In this document: positions 25,601 to 35,873 of the stretch, in pieces
Numbering within the stretch: position 1 is the stretch's first letter
Layout: every line of letters starts with the position of its first letter
Source: Pseudogymnoascus verrucosus
Taxonomy: Eukaryota
Strand: one strand, 5' to 3'
Length of the DNA: 64,000 nucleotides
Assembly: GCA_001662655.1 (NCBI GenBank)
Contig: KV460209.1
Program-made: the position numbers and the translations under genes
Notes under the pieces: generated by a model
What the model was told of the DNA's origin: nothing
Database searches by the model: none
The model's input: the letters and a program-made list of their open reading frames with translations, nothing else

Positions 25601-25679
25601 TAACGAGCTGTTCTTTGGTTGTTCCAAAGGGGATATTCTCCACTCGATAGGTCAGAGCCTTTGGTTTCTGAGCCGACAT
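22650..25679 (-). CDS. SesB/SERAC1-like alpha/beta-hydrolase + Cys-rich ZZ-like finger + ankyrin repeats
   Basis: Motifs VIAVTGLAGHAFGSW, MWLRDYLP, ARILTYGY, IIFIGHSLGC, FLAAPHRG and DCDHSQIAK; then CKRC..YHYSCPEC..ICQEC..CRIH; then about 7 ankyrin repeats (TPLHVAA, TPLHTAV, TPLMAVA). Confidence 0.85.
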
Positions 25680-25984
25680 GGCGAAGGAAGAGTAGTTTTC
25701 CAAGTCGATCTATGGAAGCAGTTGTCTTCATAGCATCTTTCATTGAAAAATAGTACGCTGCAAAGTAGGTTTTACGAAAGCCTTGGTTAATTACACTCTC
25801 AAGCAATAAGTAATAAAATAGATGGGCGGGGATTCCCTCACCTGGAATCCCTCAGTTAATAATAGTGGTGTTGGATCTTGGCTGCATATTGCTCCATGTA
25901 CAGTGCAATGGGACCAGCCAACAGTCTTCCGTTTCCGTGCATGTGTAAGAAGTAGATTCATACCTTCCAAGGTTGCCATCAGAA

Positions 25985-26060
25985 CCAGCCAACCATCTCT
26001 CGTTTGTAAGCGCTTGTAGACAGACCAGTCTCCTCATTCCCAACTGCAGGAACTATGGCC
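25985..26060. repeat. Diverged dispersed repeat, copy 1 (copy 2 at 28512-28568)
   Basis: CCAGCCAACCATCTCTCGTTTGTAA vs CCAGCCAACCACCTCTCGTTTGTAA (24/25 identical), followed by a second collinear block of 19/25. Confidence 0.6.
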
Positions 26061-26879
26061 CTTCCGAAAACACGGGAAACAAGGCTAGCATTATACATAA
26101 CCTTGAAAGCGGGGGTTTTTTTTTCGAGCTGCGAAACTCAAAGTTGGGAAACGGATATTAATGAACCCCCAGGCCTACAAATAGCGTACGTACACCCGTA
26201 GTTTAGTTAGTAATTCAATTGACTATATCCTACTGTGAAGCTTCTGTGGCGTTGCCTGAAGAGATCGATTACGGTCGCCGGAGGCTCTCATACGATTTTG
26301 TGTGTGGTTCCCTAATTACTCCCAACAAAATGCAGTCTTAGTTATGCCAGTGTAGAGTGAGTGGCTTTTCTTTGTATACCATGGGGTCATTACCCGCCCC
26401 CCTCTATCGCTGAACGCTCTTCTAAACTCTCTCTTCTCTTTTTTTATATTTCTGCAGTTCCTGTCGCTTTCACTCCTCAATCAAAAATTCCTGTCCCTTC
26501 AGTTCTCGCTACATCTAACTGCCCACAATGATACCTGGCGATAATGAGTGGCTTCGTTCTCAATTTGCTAGGTTAGGGGCATCGCCAGTGCCAAAAACAA
26601 CAGCAGCCTGTGAGAGCAAAAAAAGAGATTATAGGTGCCACTGAACGACTCTACAAGGTTGAGGCCAAGTGTTAGGACTGTGAGATATCCCATGCTCATA
26701 ACAAATTGCAAAACTAAGAGACTTCAAGGGTACTGGCTTTCCCGAGTCTGGTCAAAGCGTGCCTTTGCTAGTCGATGATGGTGGTTCGACCCCCAATTAG
26801 GCGCATCCGTATGTAGGTTTCGCAAATGCTGCATTTTTTTTTTGCGATGTCAGTTTGTTCTTCAAATCGGAGGATTGTT

Positions 26880-27864
26880 TTAAACGCTCTCGCGCTCTGA
26901 CTCGCTGGCTGCCTTCTCGCGGGCCTTGGCAGACCATGGGAAATGCGCAACGGGGACAACGAAGAAGGAGTTACTACGGAATGGCCGGTTAACTTAGTTC
27001 AGGACGGAGTAAAGGATAACTGTACCTGCTATCTGCAATACCAGCGAACGCATTGTACCACGCCATAAAGGCAGTCATGAGACCAAAGTAACCACCAGCC
27101 TTAATACAGTTGGCATTTGGTTCGCCCCCCTCGGCATTTAGGTATCCAATAGCGAGCATCAGGAAGGCCAGGTCGACAGTCAAAAACACCAGGAAGAAGG
27201 CGACGGTAGAGCGCAGAGTGCAGAGGAGCATTAAAGTAGTAAAGATGAACCAACCGATGAGGAAGAAGCCAAACGCGTTGGCGAAGTCGTTGGCGTCTCC
27301 CCCATCAAATGCAGCTTTGATGTCGAAGCCGCCAGGGGTGAAAACGATAGCAAAGGACATCCAAAAGCCGCCATACGACGATAGTGCAGTGGCACCAAAG
27401 GTGTTTCCTATAGCCATCTCCCTATCTAATGGTTAACCCTGCGGTAGATAGCCAGTGCATGAGAGCATAGGATGCGGAGTAAATACAAACCACATGCCAG
27501 CTAACAACTGGATAAGTCCACCATATCCAAATGCCAACCCAACGACAATGTTAGGCTCAGTAACGTTCTTGGCCTGGACGTTGATGAGAGAGAGAACGAA
27601 GCTGGTCAAGGCAAAAGCGCTCAGTCCGAGAGGAGCGGGGTTGCCAAACTTCCGGCTAGTGGTAGGTTTGTAGAGACCTGGCTGGAACTCTCCTCCAAAG
27701 GCAGCATATCTGGCTGATTCCCCCGTATTCATGTGAGCCAGCGGGTTTCCTCCGTAGGAGCGCATCGTAGCCTCTTGTCCATTGGCACTACGCCACCGGC
27801 GTACCTCATCGTTCTCTAGCTCCTTGTGAAGGGCATGGTCTATAGTTGCAGTTGTAGAAGCCAT
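26880..27864 (-). CDS. GPR1/FUN34/YaaH (Ato/AcpA) acetate/ammonium transporter
   Basis: Motifs AFGGEFQPGLY, FGNPAPLGLSAFALT, YGGLIQLLAGMW, GNTFGATALSSYGGFW, AWYNAFAG and a last exon NSFFVVPVAHFPWS. Confidence 0.93.
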
Positions 27865-28029
27865 AGCAAGTCTCGAGCAAGAGCAACTTTCAGAAAAAAG
27901 GTAGAAAAGTAAATTACGGAAGGCGCTTAAGGTAGGAAAACACAGCCGGAGGAAAGAAATAGGGAACTTTACGAACTGGAGTTAAGGAGAATACGGTTAC
28001 TTATACGTACCGACAAGAACATGCTGATC

Positions 28030-28222
28030 GCGGGGAGGGTGTGTGGAGAGGCATGTGCGGCGAGGGGGTTCAACACCAAAGCTTCTTCTTGCGAGCGAGA
28101 CGTGGGGTAGTGAAGAAAGGTGGGGATCCCAGAATTCGGTAGTTATTCTTCGGTAGTAAACAGTTAACGAGGCCGAATAATATAGGGGCGGCGGGGAGGC
28201 GGCGGGGATCGGTGACGCGGGG
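28030..28222. promoter_or_regulatory. CreA-type GCGGGG sites upstream of the acetate transporter
   Basis: GCGGGG at 28030, 28191, 28202 and 28217. Confidence 0.4.
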
Positions 28223-28511
28223 AATAGTCGTAGCGTCGGGGTGACGCAAGAAATACCTAATTCAACCCAAACAGTTCCTGGCCAAACCATAGTAGTTATG
28301 AACAAAAGATATGTCTTGATAAGCTCAAAGGCAGTCAGCTAATTTTAACAATGGATCCCCAGAAGTGGGAAGGACCCGGTAAAGATGTTCTGCCTTCTAT
28401 CAGTTCCGAGGCAGATTTCGGCCAGCATCCCGTATCTCATTTGGGTGATGATCACAAGGCAATTCCTAGAGCTAGAGAGCAGGAAGCAGTGCGCCTGAAA
28501 CAGATATCAAC

Positions 28512-28568
28512 CCAGCCAACCACCTCTCGTTTGTAAACCCAATATTTCCAAGTACAGGGACCATGGTC
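28512..28568. repeat. Diverged dispersed repeat, copy 2
   Basis: Same orientation as copy 1 at 25985-26060. Confidence 0.6.
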
Positions 28569-28746
28569 ACAAGAAGTCGAGTTGTACATAATTATAAAAA
28601 CAAGCTTTTTCCCAGCCGGGATTCGAAACCTTGAATTTTTGTATCGACATTTGGGTCGCTTAGCGCGGGAAAAAACTAAGGAAAGAAAAAAAAAAGCAGA
28701 GATGTGACCAGTTATTTAGTTCTCATTTCTCCTCTCCCATCAACAA

Positions 28747-28828
28747 TCTTTGATGGTCTAACGGTCATGATTTCCGCTTGTCATTCGACAAAGCGCGGGA
28801 GACCGGGGTTCGACTCCCCGTCAGAGAG
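28747..28828 (+). tRNA. tRNA-Asp(GUC) with a ~10 nt intron
   Basis: Acceptor stem TCTTTGA/TCAGAGA plus G discriminator; D arm TGGTCTAACGGTCATGA; anticodon arm TCCGC-TT-GTC-A then the intron; T loop GGTTCGACTCC; T-runs downstream. Confidence 0.93.
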
Positions 28829-29091
28829 CTTAATTCCTCTCTGAGCTCATGGCTCAGAATATGTTTTTTTGCATTTTTTTAGAATTTTTCAATCTAGAAA
28901 AAAAATCTTCACAACGGATAGATTAGTATGAAGGTGTATCTCACGTATACATCAAGACCGCACATTATAGGCTTCAGTGACTTTTTTGGGGGGTCAGAGA
29001 TGGCACATCGGGTGTGAAAACGAGAGTTCACAAATCTATCTAAACGATGATTCTATATGTTCTTCAAATTTTAAATAGCACTCTATGCGAG

Positions 29092-31422
29092 TTATATCTC
29101 AACCAGCGCCGGTTTTGTCTCCACCTTCACCTCCGCCTCCTCCCCCTCAACCCTTAAAGGCACCTTATTCTTCCCCTTCCTATACACCCTCTCATCCCTA
29201 GGATCAAACCCGCCATTCCCCCACGTCGCCCACTCCGGCGTCTCAGGCCCCATATAATCCTCCGGCGTAAACGGCTTCCCACTCTCCAAATGCTCAAAGA
29301 ACTTCGCATAGTCGATCCTCGTATGCCACTTCCCCTCCTTCTTAAACCTATCACTCGCAATCAGGATACAGCAGCTGTGCGCGTGCTCAGCCGCGATGCC
29401 GTACTTGAGACCGCGCTTGTCGAGCGCGGCGGTGAGGGCGAGCACGAAGGCGCAGACTTCCTCGTAGAAGGGGACGTTTTGCATGGTTAGGCCCGCGGCG
29501 CCGCTGGAGGAGGTGCCGCAGTATGTTACGCCCTTGACTTCGACGAAGCAGGGGAGACCCTTCTCGACTAGATCCGCGTATCCCTCTGCCTCATCCTCGA
29601 TATTAAACCCCTTCACGAGGGTAAGACGGAAGACAGTGCGCTGTTCAAACCGCTTCTCTCTTAGGATCTCGAGACAACGCTGGAAGCGTTCCCAGAAATC
29701 GCGATGCAGCGGTCTATCGATCTTGCGCAAGGACTCGCGGTTCGAGGCGTCGATGCTGACGTAGAGCTGTGTGACGGGTTTGAGGGTGGCTAGCTGGTCG
29801 GGGTGCTGCGCGTTGCAGACGAGGAAGGAGGAGATGTGCTCTTTGTGCAGCATAGCGGTGAATTCGTTGAGGTAAGGGTAGGAGATCGGTTCGCCGACGA
29901 GGGAGAGCGCGCAGTGCCTGATTCGCATTGCTTCTGCGAAGCGCTCGGCCCGGACGCCGGGGACGCCACGCATCATTTTGATCTTTTGGTAGTGCCCAGC
30001 TTTAACGCCGTTGAAGATGTCTTCGGGTTGGTCGACGACCCAGCGCCAGGTGGTGCCGACGGGGTTGGTGCCGTGGCGCCAGCAGAAGACGCATTTGTTG
30101 GAGCAGGAGAGGGAGGGGGTGGTTTCCATGCATTGGTGGGAGGCGATGCCGTAGAAGGAGTATTTGTAGCAGGAGCCGCGGCCGCGGAGGGCGGATTTGG
30201 TCCAGCGGCAGATCTTGACTCCGGAGTGAGAGCCGACGATTGTGTAGCCCTGCTTAGTGAGGGCGTTGTAGGTGGGTGATCCCTTTGGAACCATTTCCTT
30301 CGGTGCAGCTGTAGGCTTGGGGTTCTTCTTGCCATATGTGGTGAAGTCGATTGCCCCTTCATCTTCGTCCTGCTCCTCTGACTCGTCTTGGCCCTTTTGC
30401 AGGATGCGACCGATATCTTCCACATCATCCATGCTACTGGTCACCTTCTTCTTACTTTTCCTCTTGAGTTTAACCGCGCCATCAGACTGCACCTCCACGT
30501 CGTCGTCTTCCGCTTCTTCAACATCACTCTCATCAGCGTCACCACTCCCAACAACCCCCTCGCCGAGATTGCCCGTTTGCCCCAGGTTCTGGAGAACATC
30601 CTCAACACCCTGCCTCCACTCATCCAATCGCTCCTTTGCATCAACCTTTGTATCCCCCATACCGAGAGGGAACGCCCTCTTCCTCGCAGTAAGCTTAGCC
30701 ATCCACCTATCAACCTCAGTCGCCTGCGAGCAAAACCCCTCCGCCTCCGTAGGCCAGCCCTCCCTATCACCAAATCCAAACACCGCATATCCCAACAACG
30801 CCGACATCGGCGCCGTATCGATGCGGAAATCGTTGTGTGTCTCCTGGAGATGCTCGATAAAGGTATCGGTCATGGTGTCGATGTTATACGTCGGCAGGAG
30901 GAGAATGTAGAAGTATTTGATATCCTGGCTGTCATCTTCGGGCTTTGGGAGGCCGAGGAAGTATTCATCGTAGTCCTCGAGCTCGGCGAGGTCGTGCGCT
31001 ATGGGTGCGAGAAACTCATATTGGCTTGACTCGGCGTTCGCCTTCAGGGTATCGGCGAGTTTGGTGGTGAGTGTCTGCGCGGTTCTCTCGGTGCTGCCGG
31101 CTAGTGTTGAGTAAAAGACCAGTACCTGGAACTTTACATCCTTGCTCGCTGGCTTGTACCCCAGAGGCGACTTCTTGCGGGTGACTTTTCCGACAACTCG
31201 TTTTGGTCCTGCCTTCTTCACTTCCGCGGAGATGGGCGCTTTCTCGACCAATTGCTCCCGCTGGGGATTGGCGGCGAGGGGTGCTTTCTCGGATGGAGTT
31301 GGCGGGGGTGTGTATACAATCTTCTCGCGACCGACTTTGAGGTGTAGTACCGTTCTAGTAATCAGTAGCAATGCGAGCGCCGTCAGGATCAGCGGAATTC
31401 GATAAGTATGCCATAGCGCCAT
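29092..31422 (-). CDS. TYW1: S-adenosyl-L-methionine-dependent tRNA 4-demethylwyosine synthase
   Basis: N-terminal TM segment, flavodoxin-like domain, YTIVGSHSGVKICRWTK, radical-SAM CSNKCVFC, CALSLVGEP and FVEVKGVTYCG. Confidence 0.96.
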   Translation of the reverse strand: MALWHTYRIPLILTALALLLITRTVLHLKVGREKIVYTPPPTPSEKAPLAANPQREQLVEKAPISAEVKKAGPKRVVGKVTRKKSPLGYKPASKDVKFQVLVFYSTLAGSTERTAQTLTTKLADTLKANAESSQYEFLAPIAHDLAELEDYDEYFLGLPKPEDDSQDIKYFYILLLPTYNIDTMTDTFIEHLQETHNDFRIDTAPMSALLGYAVFGFGDREGWPTEAEGFCSQATEVDRWMAKLTARKRAFPLGMGDTKVDAKERLDEWRQGVEDVLQNLGQTGNLGEGVVGSGDADESDVEEAEDDDVEVQSDGAVKLKRKSKKKVTSSMDDVEDIGRILQKGQDESEEQDEDEGAIDFTTYGKKNPKPTAAPKEMVPKGSPTYNALTKQGYTIVGSHSGVKICRWTKSALRGRGSCYKYSFYGIASHQCMETTPSLSCSNKCVFCWRHGTNPVGTTWRWVVDQPEDIFNGVKAGHYQKIKMMRGVPGVRAERFAEAMRIRHCALSLVGEPISYPYLNEFTAMLHKEHISSFLVCNAQHPDQLATLKPVTQLYVSIDASNRESLRKIDRPLHRDFWERFQRCLEILREKRFEQRTVFRLTLVKGFNIEDEAEGYADLVEKGLPCFVEVKGVTYCGTSSSGAAGLTMQNVPFYEEVCAFVLALTAALDKRGLKYGIAAEHAHSCCILIASDRFKKEGKWHTRIDYAKFFEHLESGKPFTPEDYMGPETPEWATWGNGGFDPRDERVYRKGKNKVPLRVEGEEAEVKVETKPALVEI

Positions 31423-31959
31423 AAAATCTGAATAAATCGTAAGTTTTCCCTACCAGCGGAATATAAATACGGCAGAAACTTACAATTCTCGGATGCATGA
31501 GAGGCAATATCAGCCCCAAAGTATTCGTTGTTCGCCATATTCGCCCTCAGTCATGTTGCTTCCAAACCAAAAATCATCCAGGAACTATCGACAGAAATTC
31601 CATGGTGGGGAAGTTTGAGCAAACGATGGCCCCTCATATTTAAAAGTGGGGAAAACAATCGCGGAAAGGCGCTTATTTAGCTCGGTCGGGATAAACGCCA
31701 TACTTTGAGCGTGTGCTCACTACGGTAGCCATGTTATAACCACTACCGCAATATTTCGATTCCGAAATGGACGGAGATACTATTTCTCCGACCTTCGGCA
31801 CTTTTATTTCTCAGCCTCGCAGTCAGGGACAACCTTGCGAGAAAGATATAGCTCCACCACCAACCTAACAACTTCCATTACACGCCGCATCGTCGACACG
31901 AATAGATCAGATATCTCTTTCTCTCCATTCTCTCCAGCTACACCACCGCCACCTCGGCA

Positions 31960-33102
31960 ATGGCGCCCATAAACCCAACCCCCGCCCCCGCGGCACCATT
32001 CGAGTGAGTCAAACCCCTCCCCCTCCTCCCCACCTTCACTAACCCCCCCCCCAGCATAGTCCAAACCTACCACCACCTCCTCACCTCGGACCCCGACCTA
32101 ACCATGCCCGTCGCCGCCATCGAAGCCCTCATCCAGCTCCTCCAACACTCCCATAGCACCACCGTCTTCGAGACCCTCGACCTCCTCGCCGCGCAATCCA
32201 AACTCCTCCAATCCCGCGTGCGCAACCCGATTGGTCTGTCTGCAGGCACGGATCTGTTTCAGCGGTATATGATTTCCTCCCTGCGAGCGAGCGGGGAGAG
32301 GAGCTTTGATGCTGTGCGCGCGCATTTGTTGGCGAATGGACGCGTTTTTGTGTCCAGGGCGAAGGCGGCGAGGGAGAGGATTGCGGGACATGCGGGGGGG
32401 TTGGTGAGGGATGGGTGCACGGTTTTGACGCATGGGGGTAGTCGTGTGGTGTCGGCTGTTTTGGCGCGTGCTGCGGAAGCGGGGAAGGGAGGGGGAACGG
32501 TGCGGTTTAAAGTCATCTATGTCGACTCTGGCAACGGCGCCGGAGCCGGGGAGTCAAGGGATATTGTGAGGAAATTACGCGCCAAGGGCGTACCCGTCGC
32601 TGTTATCGGGGAAGGCGCAGTAGGCTACGCGATGGGGATGGTTGATCTGGTCATCGTCGGCGCAGAAGGCGTCGTCGAGAACGGCGGCGTGATTTCGCGG
32701 ATGGGGACTTATCAAATTGGCGTCCTCGCTCGCGCAGCCGGGAAGCCGTTTTACGTCGTGTCAGAGACGCATAAGTTTGTCAGGCTGTATCCGTTGGGAC
32801 AGTATGATCTGCCGATTGTGCAGAGGGTTGTGGAGTTTACTACTAATACGGGGAAGGAGGGGGAGGGAAAGAAGGCGGGTGAGAAGGGGGAGGAGGCGCT
32901 GGGTGTGGCGGGGGAGGTGCCGAGTCAGAAGAGCTCGGTTGATACGGAGGGGTGGAAGGAGTATTTCACCACGGAGGGGGGGAGGGGAGGGGAGGACGCG
33001 GTGGATTATACGCCGCCGGATTTGGTGTCGGCGCTGATTACGGAGAATGGGGTTTTGACGCCGAGTGCGGTGAGTGAGGAGCTGATTAGTGTGTTTGTTT
33101 GA
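31960..33102 (+). CDS. GCN3: Translation initiation factor eIF2B subunit alpha
   Basis: Short first exon (MAPINPTPAPAAPF) and an intron, then DPDLTMPVAAIEAL, LSAGTDLF, VLTHGGSRVV, IVGAEGVVENGG, ETHKFVRLYPL and VDYTPP...LTPSAVSEEL. Confidence 0.94.
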
Positions 33103-35771
33103 AGGTGGTTTTTGTTTGAGAGGGGAGGGTGGGAGTTGATGTCTAGGATGTGGGAGTTGGGTTGTGGTGTTTGGTGGTTGGGAGGGTAGTGCTCTGGGAT
33201 TTGGAAAACAAGATATCAAGAAAGAAGGATATATCTCGCACCACCACCATCACACATAGTCTAGTCTGGTTGGTCTAGACTACCGTGCAGGGAAGTGGAG
33301 ATCTAAGAGGTTCACGCACATTGATGATTCGGGGGGGTGCTTGCAGAAGTGGGGAAAAAATCGGAGGAGGGGGGTCTGAGCGCGCGTTGCTGACGCCCGA
33401 GAGTGATGGTGCATGTCGATGAGGTAGTTAAGGGATGGCTGTTGATGATGAGATACTGATTATGAGTTTGTTTATGGGGATGACGATGCGTTTTTTTTGA
33501 AATGTCTGGAGTGATTGGGAAGGGGATGTAGGATAATAGTCTGGATCTGATATTGATCTCGTATTGCGGGTTGGAATGTCACAGAGTAGGGATAAAAGAT
33601 GGGATAGATGGGGATTTTAGTACCACAGTTGAGATGGAGAAAATTAATAGTCCCGTGTTTACCTACCTACCTATCCATGCCTTCCCTAACTTGCCCCGTA
33701 ACCCTATCAATCCTCCAGTCTTGAATCTCCAATCTGCCGTCTCCAATATTCGCCCATACACCTCCCTTCCTTCCTCCGTTGATAATCGCCACCCCCGCCT
33801 CAACACCACCACCAACCACCCCCCTCCCAATCCATCCATTAACCCCACCACGTCACCGCTCCAAAAATAAAAAAAGCCTCCTTCACCCCGTTTACCCCTC
33901 CCGTCCCTCCCTCACTAAGTTGTTCGCCCTAAGAAAAAGCAAAATATCTTCACGCACGTCATCGCCCTTCTAGCCTATCAGAACCCTTCCCAACACCACT
34001 ACCGCCACTACTAACACTACTAACACTTCTAACACTACAAACACTACCACCGTTTCCCCTCCCCGAACATCGATTTACCATAGTTAGCCAGTGGTTAGTT
34101 AAGTTAGTCCTAACATCCCGCCCGTTGAACACCCATAACGTTTATAAATACTACACTGTATAAAACAGCATTATCTCATCACCTACCATATACACTCCAG
34201 TGCAGCGGTATATCATTTACGCGGACGGACTGGACTGGGCGGCGGATTAGAGACACGGGCTGGGCTGGGGGTTGCAAACGGGTGGATACGGGACGGCATG
34301 CTAACTAACGACGACTGCCACACGCGACCATTGTCTCTCTCTTTCCCCATTCCACTGCCCCATTCCACTGCCGAAGAGGTATATCCACAGTGAGGTTGTT
34401 CCCGCAACCAATTATGGAATACGCTTGTGTGCGCTGCGGTATTGCTGTGTGGGAGAGCGGTTAGTGTTAGTAGTGTGGTTAGTTGTTGGTGTGAGTGGTT
34501 TGGACAGTGTGTGGTGTACTGGTGGTGGTTGGTGTGGTGGGGGGCAGTTTGTCGGTGTAGGACCGGTGAGGGAGAGGAGGGGAGGAGGGGGTATATGGGT
34601 GTTTGTTTTATTATTGTGGTATTTCTGTTATTATTTATTTGTTTATTTTTTTATTTATTTCGTGAATGACTTGCTAGTGAGTGGATTATTAGCAATTATT
34701 TGACGCAGCTATGATGATGGCTATTGGAATTATTTTGAGGGTGTGTATGTATGTATTTATTTACGGATGAACTGTGAATATCCCTCTCTATTTATTAAAC
34801 ATCTATTTTAAATACCAACTCTATATGACTATCTATATGTGTAACCCCAAATAAAAGCCAGATATCTATCTTACAGCCAATAACCAATACAATAGCCAAA
34901 TAATAGAATAATCAATAAATCAATACCCCTAATACCCGATCACTTTTATTATCCCCATACCCCAAGTACGACTCGCACTCGGCATAACGGTAATCATTGT
35001 CCGGATTTGCCCCGTATCCCGATGACACTTTCCCCCGTCGCTGGATTGATATGATTGACTATGATCTCGTATGATTTGCCTGATTGACATATAGCACAGC
35101 ATGGTATAGTATGGCGTGCATACAACTCGCATATGCTGGATGATTATGATTCCCGGTGTGTGGTGGTGGGTGTAGTGCTGCGGAATTTAACTTGGTAGGT
35201 GGTGGTAGGTGGTTGTTGCCCAGCCTCGCCCCCTCTTCACCGCTCTTCACTCTGTCATCACATCCCACCGCGGACACCGCTCTCTCTCCACACACACCCC
35301 CCATCACCCATCCACCCACACCACCACATACCACACCACACACCCATCTACCTTCATCCACACCCTCCACACACACCCTCCCACACCTCCGACTTCCGCC
35401 CCCCGCCTCACCTTCGTCCTCGTCCTACTTAAGCTTTTGATACACCTCTCCGCGCGCTGATCTTGGCGCCGAAGATTCATCGTATTCACCTCACCACCAC
35501 ACCACCACTACCTCGATCTCCGCTCTTTCACACTTACACTCACCTCATCCTAATCAGCGACGACAACTCTCCACTCTACACATACATCCCGCGAGATATC
35601 TACTGGCGCATAAACACATTGCCCATAACACCCGCCTCGAGCGCATCATCATCGACCACCCCATCCGAACCCCAACATCACAGCGTGTCATTCAACCTCA
35701 CGACAACCCACGACAACCCACCAACCACCCTCTCAACGATACACCAACTGCCACCCGCAGAAACCACCACA

Positions 35772-35807
35772 ATGGCGCGCCTCTACCCATCCAATCTCGC
35801 CATCTAA
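35772..35807 (+). other. Candidate upstream ORF (MARLYPSNLAI*) 66 nt before the FNIP-like start
   Basis: ATG in strong context (ACAATGG), 11 codons, TAA at 35805-35807; main ATG at 35874. Confidence 0.4.
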
Positions 35808-35873
35808 TCACCCCCTCGCCAAACCTTCACACCACCCTACCCACCCACGCGCGCGCGCGTGCCCACCGCCATC

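Noticed and set aside
28605..28670. tRNA-like CCGGGATTCGAAACC segment
   Set aside because: Only a partial reverse B-box resemblance; no cloverleaf can be built.
29154..31405. Long antisense and alternate-frame ORFs over TYW1 (similar ones over GCN3, the FNIP-like gene and the 44348 ORF)
   Set aside because: Expected shadows of GC-rich codon bias; the translations are low-complexity with no recognisable domains.
28747..31422. Functional link between the tRNA gene and adjacent TYW1
   Set aside because: TYW1 modifies tRNA-Phe and the neighbour is tRNA-Asp, so the adjacency is probably incidental.
33100..35770. Possible spliced ncRNA or snoRNA host (TATA-like at ~34142, CTAAC branch-like at ~34301) and many short ORFs
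   Set aside because: No convincing C/D or H/ACA box pair or guide sequence found. The ORFs derive from low-complexity C- or G-rich tracts.
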